DNA from: Nemertoderma westbladi
Taxonomy: Eukaryota; Animalia; Xenacoelomorpha
Assembly: GCA_032718475.1 (NCBI GenBank)
Contig: JAUCBJ010001095.1
Coordinates: 7,266 to 71,265, forward strand
Direction of reading: 5' to 3'
Length of the DNA: 64,000 nucleotides
Below are positions 36,501 to 50,335 of the stretch, piece by piece. Below the pieces are notes generated by a model. It had not been told where the DNA came from. It saw only the letters and a list, made by a program, of their open reading frames with translations, and made no database searches. The translations under genes and the position numbers were made by a program. The stretch's first letter is position 1; every line of letters starts with the position of its first letter.

Positions 36501-36703
36501 CGTTTTTTCGTTTATGTCTATTTTTCGAGCCCACGGCTCATGGACGAAATAGCGGAACATACCAGGGACCTTAGAATCGCGGTATCCAGCCGCTGTGAAA
36601 ATTTCATCAAAATCGTTAGAGTAGTTTTGGCTATAGATTAACCAGCCAGCCAGCCAGCCAGTCAGCTAACAATTCTTACAGTAATGAACCTCTCGGTTCC
36701 TAA
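33559..36703 (-). mobile_element. HINE unit A2 (contains nested B2)
   Basis: A-type ends; sequence resumes exactly at 35199 after B2. Confidence 0.85.
33701..35198 (-). mobile_element. HINE unit B2 nested in A2 at an A|T site
   Basis: GATCTATTA|CTAGAG...TTGCTAA|TTAGTTGC; other A units have GATCTATTATTAGTTGC; no TSD. Confidence 0.88.
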
Positions 36704-37811
36704 CTAGAGACGGCGTCAAGACGCCGTTAAGCAAGTCGGAAGTCATCAATCAAATATAAATTCCCTCAACAATGTTTACCTATGGTCAGAATGGAAGGGC
36801 TATTTACCTATGGTCAGAGAGAGATCCCACTCTGTAATTTGGCAATTGCTCAAATTCATTCAGTTGAATGGCACAGTAGAGTGAACTAAACTAAATTCCC
36901 TCAACAATGTTTGGCTATGGTCTGAAAGAACTAACAGTCATTCAGCTTGCACAATGTCAATCACCTACAGTATAAAACATTTAGAATGCCACAGTGTGTA
37001 TCCTGATACAGATAATAAGCAGTGATATATATATTTCAAACTATAATGTTAGTGTTAGCCTTACACAGTATCAGTATGAGGCTGAGTAAACATTCCACCT
37101 TATAAGCATACTGCCTCCACAGAATTAATGTTGGCCGAAAGATTTAAAAATAAAACAATTATTATTATAAATACAGTGCAATCCAATAGTGCCCAACACA
37201 CTGTGTAACTAACAGTCAATCAGCTTACACGTCAATTAACATAGAAGAGAGAGTAACCTTGTAGATCGCCATAGAAAGCATTGGGAAGAGTTATTCAGCT
37301 GAGGCTGTAATAGCCGGCTAACCCAGTGAATGATTATAAAGTTGGCACTGTATGTACTTCCTTGTTAGGTGGCTCCCTATAGAATAGCAAACCAACCAGT
37401 TGATGTTTGTTTGCACAGAGTGGTTGGTAGGGCCTAAACAAACAGTATGGGTGTACTAAGTATAATACTCTTGGCAACCTCATCTATTTAATACTAAGCC
37501 TTGTGTAGAATTGCATTACATAAGTCATTTTTCATCAGGACACCAGCTGTCATGGGTGTTATTTTACCATTGCGCCTATGGCGTTTTTTTCGTTTATCTC
37601 TATTTTTCGAGCCCAGAGGCTATGGACGGAGTAGCCGATCATGCCAGGGACCTTAGAATCGCGGTATCTAGATGCTGTGAAAATTTCATCAAAATCGTTA
37701 GAGTAGTTTTGGCTGTAGATCAGCCAGCCAGCCAGCCAGCCAGTCAGCCAGCCAGCCAGCCAGTCAGTCAGTCAACAATTCTTACAGTAATCAAGTCTAA
37801 CGACTTGCTAA
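36704..37811 (-). mobile_element. HINE unit B3
   Basis: B-type ends, 1108 bp. Confidence 0.85.
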
Positions 37812-40461
37812 CTAGTGACGGGCCTAGCGGCCCGATAAGGAACCGACTTTTTATTTCAAATAAAAGAGACAACGAGCTCGGCTCGGTCTGGCATGATTGG
37901 GCTCGATTCAGTTCGACTTGGCTTGATGGGCTCGGTTTGGCTCGATTGGGCTCGACTCAGCTTGATTGGGCTCGACTCGACTCAGCTCGATTCGTCTCAA
38001 TCGGCTTGATTGGGTTCGACTCGGTTCGGTCTGGCTCGACTTGGCTCAATTGGGCTCGACTCGGCTCGATTGGTCTCGACTCAGCTCGATTGGGCTTGAT
38101 TGGTCTTGATTCGGCTCGATTTGGCTCAACTTGGCTCAGTCTAGCTCGACTGGGCTCGGTCCGGCTCAATTGGGCGCGACTAGGCTTGATTGGGCTCGAC
38201 TCGGCTCTATTGGGCTCGACTCGATTCGATTAGGCTCAACTCGGCTCCGTCCGGCTCGACTCGGCTTGATTGGTCTCGACTCGACTCAGTCCGGCTCAAT
38301 TTGGCGTGACATGGCTCGATTGGGTTCGGCTCGGCTCGATCTGAGTCGACTCAGCTCGATTCGGCTCAATCGGCTCGATTGGGTTTGACTCGGCTCGGTT
38401 CAGCTCGACTCGGCTCAATCCACTCGACTCGGCTCGGTTTGGATTGATTTGGGCTTGACTCGGCTTGATTTGGCTCAACTTGGCACAGTATGGCTCGATT
38501 GGGCTCGACTTGGCTCGGTCCGGCTCAATTGGGCTCGACTAGGATTGATTGGGTTCGACTCGGCTCTATTGGGCTCGACTCAACTCGATTGGGCTTGTCT
38601 CGGCTCAGTTTGGATCGCTCGGCTTGATTGGGCTCAACTCGGTTCCATTCGGCTAACTCGGCTCGATTGGCTCGTCTCGGCTTGATCGCCTCGATTGGTT
38701 CTATTCGGCTCGATCGGTATGATTCTGCTCGATTGACACACGCTGCTGGAAGGGTCAAAGCCAAACCCACGTGCTGCTCGAAGGGACGAAGTCAAACAGT
38801 GTGTCTATTATTTGATGTAACTCACGTGCTGCTCGAAGGACGCAACATCATATATCAAGGGTCAAAGCAAAACTCACGTGCTGCTCGAAGGGACAAAGTC
38901 AAACAGTGTGTCTATTATTTGATGTAACTCACGTGCTGCTCGATGGGTCAAAGCCAAACTCACGTGCTGCTCGAAGGGACAAAGTCAAACATTGTGTCTA
39001 ATATTTGATTAACTCACTTGCTGCTCGAAGGGCGAGTATAGAACTAATAATTATGTAAAAATACAATCATATTTCATACAATAATTATTAATAAATTCAA
39101 TCTATTATTAGTTGCTCAATTCTAGAACAAAATCGACCTGCAACTAGTGAAGACCTCGTTTTGGAATTTCGAAACCACGCTGGTGCGATGCGCGATATCG
39201 TGTTTAGTTAATAAATTGAAAACTCCATCAATTCATGTGAAACCAGTAATAAGAAATCGCGATAAATGTAATTAAAAAAAATTATTCTAGAAAAATTTTC
39301 CTCAAAAAGTATGAAGTCTTGGCGTTGGTGACGCGAAACTAGGCTAGTGAGATTCAGGATATTGCGTTTAATATAAAAATCGAAAACGCTATCGAATTCC
39401 GTAAAGGCGTTAATAAAATACTGCAACTTTTTTGAAATTTGTAAAATTCTAGAACTAGAAAAAATTAAATTTTGAACGGCGCTGTTTGGGGTTTCGAAAC
39501 ATGGATAGACTGAAAGAGGACATCGAATTAAGTTGAAAAATAAAAACCCCATCGAATTTGGACAAAGCGTTCCGGAGTTATAGCGGATCGAAAAAAATTG
39601 ACCCCCCCCCCCAGTCGCCAAAAATTTACAGTAATTTAAAATTTTGCAAAAAAAATTTTTTGCGTTATTTTTGATGGCGAATCGATTGGCAGTACTGGCT
39701 ACGAAAAAATTTTTTTTGAAATTTTTGGTCAGAAAAAAAACATGGAAAAAGTATATTTTTAAAAAGATTTGATGTCTTTGCCTATGGTCAGAGAATGATC
39801 CAACTCTGTAACTTGGCAATCGCTCAAATCCATTCAGCTGAATGGCACAGTAGAGTAAACTAAAGTAAATTCCCTATACAATGTTCTGAAGGGGAGACTG
39901 ACAGAGAGTAATCCAACAATAAAACATTTTGCAAAAATGTTGGCATTAATGTAGCCAACACACTGTACTTAAAGTCATTCAGCTTACATTAGCAGAGTGA
40001 GATATTCTCATAGAATGCATTGGGAAGAGTAATTCAGCTGAGGCGATAATAGATTTCTAACTAAACCAACCAGTTAATATTTGCTTTGACAGAGTGTCCT
40101 AGGGCCTAAACAAACAGTATGCGGGTGTACTAAGTACAATAATCTTGGCAACCTCATCGATTTATACTAAGCCTTGTGTAGAAATCCATTACATAAGCCA
40201 TTTTTCATCACGACACCAGCTGTTATTGGTGTTATTTTACCATTGCGCCTATGGCGTTTTTTCGTTTATGTCTATTTTTCGAGCCCACGGCTCATGGACG
40301 AAATAGCGGAACATACAAGGGACCTTAGAATCGCGGTATCCAGCCGCTGTGAAAATTTCATCAAAATCGTTAGAGTAGTTTTGGCTATAGATTAACCAGC
40401 CAGCCAGTCAATCAATCAATCAGCCAACAATTCTTACAGTAATGAACCTCTCGGTTCCTAA
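37812..40461 (-). mobile_element. HINE unit A3 (carries pentamer satellite)
   Basis: A-type ends, 2650 bp. Confidence 0.85.
37875..39033. repeat. Pentamer satellite (GCTCG/ACTCG/ATTGG)n followed by CACGTGCTGCTCGAAGG repeats
   Basis: 5-nt periodicity 37875-38735; short repeats 38736-39033. Confidence 0.9.
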
Positions 40462-41951
40462 CTAGTGACGGGCCTAGCGGCCCGATAAGGAACCGACTTT
40501 TTATTTTAAATAAAAGAGACAACGAGAATTAGTATAGAACTAATAATTATCTAAAAATACAATCATATTTCATACAATAATTATTAATAAATTCGATCCA
40601 TTATTAGTTGCTCAATTCTAGAACAAAATCGACCTGCAACTAGTGAAGACCTCGTTTTGGAATTTCGAAACCACGCTGGTGCGATGCGCGATATCGTGTT
40701 TAGTTAATAAATTGAAAACTCCATCAATTCATGTGCAATCAGTAATAAGAAATCGCGATAAATGTAATTAAATAAAAATTATTCTAGAAAAATTTTCCTC
40801 AAAAAGTATGAAATCTTGGCATTGGTGACGCGAAACTAGGCTAGTGAGATTCAGGATATTGCGTTTAATATAAAAATCGAAAACGCTATCGAATTCCGTA
40901 AAGGCGTTAATAAAATACTGCAACTTTTTTGAAATTTGTAAAATTCTAGAACTAGAAAAAAATAATTTTTGAACGGCGCTGTTTGGGGTTTCGAAACATG
41001 GATAGGCTGAAAGAGGACATCGAATTAAGTTGAAAAATGAAAACCCCATCGAATTTGGACAAAGCGTTCCGGAGTTATAGCGGATCGAAAAAAATTGACC
41101 CCCCCCAGTCGCCAAAAATTTACAGTAATTTAAAATTTTGCAAAAAAAATTTTTTGGGTTATTTTTGATGGCGAATCGATTGGCAGTACTGGCTACGAAA
41201 AATTTTTTTTGAAATTTTTGGTCAGAAAAAAAAACATGGAAAAAGTATATTCTTAAAAAGATTTGATGTCTTTGCCTATGGTCAGAGAATGATCCAACTC
41301 TGTAACTTGGCAATCGCTCAAATCCATTCAGCTGAATGGCACAGTAGAGTAAACTAAAGTATATTCCCTATACAATGTTCTGAAGGGGAGACTGACAGAG
41401 AGTCCAACAATAAAACATTTTGCAATAATGTTGACATTAATGTAGCCAACTCACTGTGTACTTAAGTCATTCAGCTTACATTAGCAGAGGGAGATATTCC
41501 CAGAGTGCGCATTGGGAAGAGTAATTCAGCTGAGGCAATAATAGATTTCAAACTAAACCAACCAGTTAATATTTGCTTTGACAGAGTGTCCTAGGGCCTA
41601 AACAAACAGTATGGGTGTACTAAGTACAATAATCTTGGCAACCTCATCGATTTATACTAAGCCTTGTGTAGAAATCCATTACATAAGCCATTTTTCATCA
41701 CGACACCAGCTGTTATTGGTGTTATTTTACCATTGCGCCTATGGCGTTTTTTCGTTTATGTCTATTTTTCGAGCCCACGGCTCATGGACGAAATAGCGGA
41801 ACATACCAGGGACCTTAGAATCGCGGTATCCAGCCGCTGTGAAAATTTCATCAAAATCGTTAGAGTAGTTTTGGCTATAGATTAACCAGCCAGCCAGTCA
41901 GCCAGTCAATCAGCCAACAATTCTTACAGTAATGAACCTCTCGGTTCCTAA
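40462..41951 (-). mobile_element. HINE unit A4
   Basis: A-type ends, 1490 bp. Confidence 0.85.
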
Positions 41952-43599
41952 CTAGTGACGGGCCTAGCGGCCCGATAAGGAACCGACTTTTTATTTTAAA
42001 TAAAAGAGACAACGAGAATTAGTATAGAACTAATAATTATCTAAAAATACAATCATATTTCATACAATAATTATTAATAAATTCGATCCATTATTTAGTT
42101 GCTCAATTCTAGAACAAAATCGACCTGCAACTAGTGAAGACCTCGTTTTGGAATTTCGAAACCACGCTGGTGCGATGCGCAATATCGTGTTTAGTTAATA
42201 AATTGAAAACTCCATCAATTCATGTGCAATCAGTAATAAGAAATCGCGATAAATGTAATTAAATAAAAATTATTCTAGAAAAATTTTCCTCAAAAAGTAT
42301 GAAATCTTGGCATTGGTGACGCGAAACTAGGCTAGTGAGATTCAGGGTATTGCGTTTAATATAAAAATCGAAAACGCTATCGAATTCCGTAAAGGCGTTA
42401 ATAAAATACTGCAACTTTTTTGAAATTTGTAAAATTCTAGAACTAGAAAAAAATAATTTTTGAACGGCGCTGTTTGGGGTTTCGAAACATGGATAGGCTG
42501 AAAGAGGACATCGAATTAAGTTGAAAAATGAAAACCCCATCGAATTTGGACAAAGCGTTCCGGAGTTATAGCGGATCGAAAAAAATTGACCCCCCCCCCA
42601 GTCGCCAAAAATTTACAGTAATTTAAAATTTTGCAAAAAAAATTTTTTGCGTTATTTTTGATGGCGAATCGATTGGCAGTACTGGCTACAAAAATTTTTT
42701 TTTTGAAATTTTAGGTCAGAAAAAAAAACATGGAAAAAGTATATTTTTAAAAAGATTTCATGTCTTTGCATATGGTCAGAGAATGATCCAACTCTGTAAC
42801 TTGGCAATCGCTCAAATCCATTCAGCTGAATGGCACAGTAGAGTAAACTAAAGTAAATTCCCAATACAATGTTCTGAAGGGGAGACTGACAGAGAGTAAT
42901 CCAACCATAAAACACTTTGCAATAATGTTGGCATTAATGTAGCCAAGAAGTGATTTTTATATTTCAAACTATAATGTTAGTCTTAGCCTTACAGAGTATC
43001 AGTATAAGGCTGAGTAAACATTCCACCTTATAAGCATACAGCCTCCACAGTATTAATGTTGGCATTAATGTAGCCGATACACTGTATACCTAATAGTCAT
43101 TCAGCAGGGGGAAGAGTTATTCAGCTGAGGCGGTAATAGATTGCAAACTAAACCAACCAGTTGGCAGCCTCATCGATTTATACTAAGCCTGTGTAGAACC
43201 ACAAACTAAATCAACCAGTTAATATTTGCTTTGACAGAGAGTGCAGGGCCTAAACAAACAGTATGGGTGTACTAAGTACAATAATCTTGGCAATCTCATC
43301 GATTTATACTAAGCCTTGTGTAGAAATCCATTACATAAGCCATTTTTCATCACGACACCAGCTGTTATTGGTGTTATTTTACCATTGCGCCTATGGCGTT
43401 TTTTCGTTTATGTCTATTTTTCGAGCCCACGGCTCATGGACGAAATAGCGGAACATACCAGGGACCTTAGAATCGCGGTATCCAGCCGCTGTGAAAATTT
43501 CATCAAAATCGTTAGAGTAGTTTTGGCTATAGATTAACCAGCCAGCCAGCCAGCCAGTCAGCTAACAATTCTTACAGTAATGAACCTCTCGGTTCCTAA
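41952..43599 (-). mobile_element. HINE unit A5 (left half like A8, right half like A2)
   Basis: A-type ends; diagnostic variants switch near 42590. Confidence 0.85.
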
Positions 43600-46249
43600 C
43601 TAGTGACGGGCCTAGCGGCCCGATAAGGAACCGACTTTTTATTTCAAATAAAAGAGACAACGAGCTCGGCTCGGTCTGGCATGATTGGGCTCGATTCAGT
43701 TCGACTTGGCTTGATGGGCTCGGTTTGGCTCGATTGGGCTCGACTCAGCTTGATTGGGCTCGACTCGACTCAGCTCGATTCGTCTCAATCGGCTTGATTG
43801 GGTTCGACTCGGTTCGGTCTGGCTCGACTTGGCTCAATTGGGCTCGACTCGGCTCGATTGGTCTCGACTCAGCTCGATTGGGCTTGATTGGTCTTGATTC
43901 GGCTCGATTTGGCTCAACTTGGCTCAGTCTAGCTCGACTGGGCTCGGTCCGGCTCAATTGGGCGCGACTAGGCTTGATTGGGCTCGACTCGGCTCTATTG
44001 GGCTCGACTCGATTCGATTAGGCTCAACTCGGCTCCGTCCGGCTCGACTCGGCTTGATTGGTCTCGACTCGACTCAGTCCGGCTCAATTTGGCGTGACAT
44101 GGCTCGATTGGGTTCGGCTCGGCTCGATCTGAGTCGACTCAGCTCGATTCGGCTCAATCGGCTCGATTGGGTTTGACTCGGCTCGGTTCAGCTCGACTCG
44201 GCTCAATCCACTCGACTCGGCTCGGTTTGGATTGATTTGGGCTTGACTCGGCTTGATTTGGCTCAACTTGGCACAGTATGGCTCGATTGGGCTCGACTTG
44301 GCTCGGTCCGGCTCAATTGGGCTCGACTAGGATTGATTGGGTTCGACTCGGCTCTATTGGGCTCGACTCAACTCGATTGGGCTTGTCTCGGCTCAGTTTG
44401 GATCGCTCGGCTTGATTGGGCTCAACTCAGTTCCATTCGGCTAACTCGGCTCGATTGGCTCGTCTCGGCTTGATCGCCTCGATTGGTTCTATTCGGCTCG
44501 ATCGGTATGATTCTGCTCGATTGACACACGCTGCTGGAAGGGTCAAAGCCAAACCCACGTGCTGCTCGAAGGGACGAAGTCAAACAGTGTGTCTATTATT
44601 TGATGTAACTCACGTGCTGCTCGAAGGACGCAACATCATATATCAAGGGTCAAAGCAAAACTCACGTGCTGCTCGAAGGGACAAAGTCAAACAGTGTGTC
44701 TATTATTTGATGTAACTCACGTGCTGCTCGATGGGTCAAAGCCAAACTCACGTGCTGCTCGAAGGGACAAAGTCAAACATTGTGTCTAATATTTGATTAA
44801 CTCACTTGCTGCTCGAAGGGCGAGTATAGAACTAATAATTATGTAAAAATACAATCATATTTCATACAATAATTATTAATAAATTCAATCTATTATTAGT
44901 TGCTCAATTCTAGAACAAAATCGACCTGCAACTAGTGAAGACCTCGTTTTGGAATTTCGAAACCACGCTGGTGCGATGCGCGATATCGTGTTTAGTTAAT
45001 AAATTGAAAACTCCATCAATTCATGTGAAACCAGTAATAAGAAATCGCGATAAATGTAATTAAAAAAAATTATTCTAGAAAAATTTTCCTCAAAAAGTAT
45101 GAAGTCTTGGCGTTGGTGACGCGAAACTAGGCTAGTGAGATTCAGGATATTGCGTTTAATATAAAAATCGAAAACGCTATCGAATTCCGTAAAGGCGTTA
45201 ATAAAATACTGCAACTTTTTTGAAATTTGTAAAATTCTAGAACTAGAAAAAATTAAATTTTGAACGGCGCTGTTTGGGGTTTCGAAACATGGATAGACTG
45301 AAAGAGGACATCGAATTAAGTTGAAAAATAAAAACCCCATCGAATTTGGACAAAGCGTTCCGGAGTTATAGCGGATCGAAAAAAATTGACCCCCCCCCCC
45401 AGTCGCCAAAAATTTACAGTAATTTAAAATTTTGCAAAAAAAATTTTTTGCGTTATTTTTGATGGCGAATCGATTGGCAGTACTGGCTACGAAAAAATTT
45501 TTTTTGAAATTTTTGGTCAGAAAAAAAACATGGAAAAAGTATATTTTTAAAAAGATTTGATGTCTTTGCCTATGGTCAGAGAATGATCCAACTCTGTAAC
45601 TTGGCAATCGCTCAAATCCATTCAGCTGAATGGCACAGTAGAGTAAACTAAAGTAAATTCCCTATACAATGTTCTGAAGGGGAGACTGACAGAGAGTAAT
45701 CCAACAATAAAACATTTTGCAAAAATGTTGGCATTAATGTAGCCAACACACTGTACTTAAAGTCATTCAGCTTACATTAGCAGAGTGAGATATTCTCATA
45801 GAATGCATTGGGAAGAGTAATTCAGCTGAGGCGATAATAGATTTCTAACTAAACCAACCAGTTAATATTTGCTTTGACAGAGTGTCCTAGGGCCTAAACA
45901 AACAGTATGCGGGTGTACTAAGTACAATAATCTTGGCAACCTCATCGATTTATACTAAGCCTTGTGTAGAAATCCATTACATAAGCCATTTTTCATCACG
46001 ACACCAGCTGTTATTGGTGTTATTTTACCATTGCGCCTATGGCGTTTTTTCGTTTATGTCTATTTTTCGAGCCCACGGCTCATGGACGAAATAGCGGAAC
46101 ATACAAGGGACCTTAGAATCGCGGTATCCAGCCGCTGTGAAAATTTCATCAAAATCGTTAGAGTAGTTTTGGCTATAGATTAACCAGCCAGCCAGTCAAT
46201 CAATCAATCAGCCAACAATTCTTACAGTAATGAACCTCTCGGTTCCTAA
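43600..46249 (-). mobile_element. HINE unit A6 (near-identical to A3)
   Basis: A-type ends, 2650 bp, offset 5788 from A3. Confidence 0.85.
43663..44821. repeat. Pentamer satellite plus CACGTG repeats, copy 2
   Basis: Near-identical to 37875-39033. Confidence 0.9.
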
Positions 46250-47739
46250 CTAGTGACGGGCCTAGCGGCCCGATAAGGAACCGACTTTTTATTTTAAATA
46301 AAAGAGACAACGAGAATTAGTATAGAACTAATAATTATCTAAAAATACAATCATATTTCATACAATAATTATTAATAAATTCGATCCATTATTAGTTGCT
46401 CAATTCTAGAACAAAATCGACCTGCAACTAGTGAAGACCTCGTTTTGGAATTTCGAAACCACGCTGGTGCGATGCGCGATATCGTGTTTAGTTAATAAAT
46501 TGAAAACTCCATCAATTCATGTGCAATCAGTAATAAGAAATCGCGATAAATGTAATTAAATAAAAATTATTCTAGAAAAATTTTCCTCAAAAAGTATGAA
46601 ATCTTGGCATTGGTGACGCGAAACTAGGCTAGTGAGATTCAGGATATTGCGTTTAATATAAAAATCGAAAACGCTATCGAATTCCGTAAAGGCGTTAATA
46701 AAATACTGCAACTTTTTTGAAATTTGTAAAATTCTAGAACTAGAAAAAAATAATTTTTGAACGGCGCTGTTTGGGGTTTCGAAACATGGATAGGCTGAAA
46801 GAGGACATCGAATTAAGTTGAAAAATGAAAACCCCATCGAATTTGGACAAAGCGTTCCGGAGTTATAGCGGATCGAAAAAAATTGACCCCCCCCAGTCGC
46901 CAAAAATTTACAGTAATTTAAAATTTTGCAAAAAAAATTTTTTGGGTTATTTTTGATGGCGAATCGATTGGCAGTACTGGCTACGAAAAAATTTTTTTGA
47001 AATTTTTGGTCAGAAAAAAAAACATGGAAAAAGTATATTCTTAAAAAGATTTGATGTCTTTGCCTATGGTCAGAGAATGATCCAACTCTGTAACTTGGCA
47101 ATCGCTCAAATCCATTCAGCTGAATGGCACAGTAGAGTAAACTAAAGTATATTCCCTATACAATGTTCTGAAGGGGAGACTGACAGAGAGTCCAACAATA
47201 AAACATTTTGCAATAATGTTGACATTAATGTAGCCAACTCACTGTGTACTTAAGTCATTCAGCTTACATTAGCAGAGGGAGATATTCCCAGAGTGCGCAT
47301 TGGGAAGAGTAATTCAGCTGAGGCAATAATAGATTTCAAACTAAACCAACCAGTTAATATTTGCTTTGACAGAGTGTCCTAGGGCCTAAACAAACAGTAT
47401 GGGTGTACTAAGTACAATAATCTTGGCAACCTCATCGATTTATACTAAGCCTTGTGTAGAAATCCATTACATAAGCCATTTTTCATCACGACACCAGCTG
47501 TTATTGGTGTTATTTTACCATTGCGCCTATGGCGTTTTTTCGTTTATGTCTATTTTTCGAGCCCACGGCTCATGGACGAAATAGCGGAACATACCAGGGA
47601 CCTTAGAATCGCGGTATCCAGCCGCTGTGAAAATTTCATCAAAATCGTTAGAGTAGTTTTGGCTATAGATTAACCAGCCAGCCAGTCAGCCAGTCAATCA
47701 GCCAACAATTCTTACAGTAATGAACCTCTCGGTTCCTAA
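46250..47739 (-). mobile_element. HINE unit A7 (near-identical to A4)
   Basis: A-type ends, 1490 bp. Confidence 0.85.
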
Positions 47740-49228
47740 CTAGTGACGGGCCTAGCGGCCCGATAAGGAACCGACTTTTTATTTTAAATAAAAGAGACAA
47801 CGAGAATTAGTATAGAACTAATAATTATCTAAAAATACAATCATATTTCATACAATAATTATTAATAAATTCGATCCATTATTTAGTTGCTCAATTCTAG
47901 AACAAAATCGACCTGCAACTAGTGAAGACCTCGTTTTGGAATTTCGAAACCACGCTGGTGCGATGCGCAATATCGTGTTTAGTTAATAAATTGAAAACTC
48001 CATCAATTCATGTGCAATCAGTAATAAGAAATCGCGATAAATGTAATTAAATAAAAATTATTCTAGAAAAATTTTCCTCAAAAAGTATGAAATCTTGGCA
48101 TTGGTGACGCGAAACTAGGCTAGTGAGATTCAGGGTATTGCGTTTAATATAAAAATCGAAAACGCTATCGAATTCCGTAAAGGCGTTAATAAAATACTGC
48201 AACTTTTTTGAAATTTGTAAAATTCTAGAACTAGAAAAAAATAATTTTTGAACGGCGCTGTTTGGGGTTTCGAAACATGGATAGGCTGAAAGAGGACATC
48301 GAATTAAGTTGAAAAATGAAAACCCCATCGAATTTGGACAAAGCGTTCCGGAGTTATAGCGGATCGAAAAAAATTGACCCCCCCCAGTCGCCAAAAATTT
48401 ACAGTAATTTAAAATTTTGCAAAAAAAATTTTTTGCGTTATTTTTGATGGCGAATCGATTGGCAGTACTGGCTACGAAAATTTTTTTTTGAAATTTTTGG
48501 TCAGAAAAAAAAACATGGAAAAAGTATAATTTTAAAAAGATTTGATGTCTTTGCCTATGGTCAGAGAATGATCCAACTCTGTACTTGGCAATCGCTCAAA
48601 TCCATTCAGCTGAATGGCACAGTTGAGTAAACTAAAGTAAATTCCCTATACAATGTTCTGAAGGGGAGACTGACAGAGAGTAATCAAACAATAAAACATG
48701 TTGCAATAATGTTGGCATTAATGTAGCCAACTCACTGTGTACGTAACAGTCATTCAGCTTACATTAGCAGAGTGAGATATTCCCATACATTGCATTGGGA
48801 AGAGTAATTCAGCTGAGGCTATAATAGATTTCAAACTAAACCAACCACCAGTCAATGTTTGCTTTGACAGAGAGTGCAGGGCCTAAACAAACAGTATGGG
48901 TGTACTAAGTACAATAATCTTGGCAACCTCATCGATTTATACTAAGCCTTGTGTAGAAATGCATTACATAAGCCATTTTTCATCACGACACCAGCTGTTA
49001 TTGGTGTTATTTTACCATTGCGCCTATGGCGTTTTTTCGTTTATCTCTATTTTTCGAGCCCAGAGGCTATGGACGGAGTAGCCGATCATGCCAGGGACCT
49101 TAGAATCGCGGTATCTAGATGCTGTGAAAATTTCATCAAAATCGTTAGAGTAGTTTTGGCTGTAGATTAGCCAGTCAGCCAGCCAGTCAGCTAACAATTC
49201 TTACAGTAATGAACCTCTCGGTTCCTAA
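47740..49228 (-). mobile_element. HINE unit A8
   Basis: A-type ends, B-like core variants. Confidence 0.85.
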
Positions 49229-50335
49229 CTAGAGACGGCGTCAAGACGCCGTTAAGCAAGTCGGAAGTCATCAATCAAATATAAATTCCCTCAACAATGT
49301 TTACCTATGGTCAGAATGGAAGGGCTATTTACCTATGGTCAGAGAGAGATCCCACTCTGTAATTTGGCAATTGCTCAAATTCATTCAGTTGAATGGCACA
49401 GTAGAGTGAACTAAACTAAATTCCCTCAACAATGTTTGGCTATGGTCTGAAAGAACTAACAGTCATTCAGCTTGCACAATGTCAATCACCTACAGTATAA
49501 AACATTTAGAATGCCACAGTGTGTATCCTGATACAGATAATAAGCAGTGATATATATATTTCAAACTATAATGTTAGTGTTAGCCTTACACAGTATCAGT
49601 ATGAGGCTGAGTAAACATTCCACCTTATAAGCATACTGCCTCCACAGAATTAATGTTGGCCGAAAGATTTAAAAATAAAACAATTATTATTATAAATACA
49701 GTGCAATCCAATAGTACCCAACACACTGTGTAACTAACAGTCAATCAGCTTACACGTCAATTAACATAGAAGAGAGAGTAACCTTGTAGATCGCCATAGA
49801 AAGCATTGGGAAGAGTTATTCAGCTGAGGCTGTAATAGCCGGCTAACCCAGTGAATGATTATAAAGTTGGCACTGTATGTACTTCCTTGTTAGGTGGCTC
49901 CCTATAGAATAGCAAACCAACCAGTTGATGTTTGTTTGCACAGAGTGGTTGGTAGGGCCTAAACAAACAGTATGGGTGTACTGAGTACAATAATCTTGGC
50001 AACCTCATCGATTTATACTAAGCCTTGTGTAGAAATGCATTACATAAGCCATTTTTCATCAGGACACCAGCTGTCATGGGTGTTATTTTACCATTGCGCC
50101 TATGGCGTTTTTTTCGTTTATCTCTATTTTTCGAGCCCAGAGGCTATGGACGGAGTAGCCGATCATGCCAGGGACCTTAGAATCGCGGTATCTAGATGCT
50201 GTGAAAATTTCATCAAAATCGTTAGAGTAGTTTTGGCTGTAGATCAGCCAGCCAGCCAGCCAGCCAGTCAGCCAGCCAGCCAGCCAGTCAGTCAGTCAAC
50301 AATTCTTACAGTAATCAAGTCTAACGACTTGCTAA
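49229..50335 (-). mobile_element. HINE unit B4 (close to B3)
   Basis: B-type ends, 1107 bp. Confidence 0.85.
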
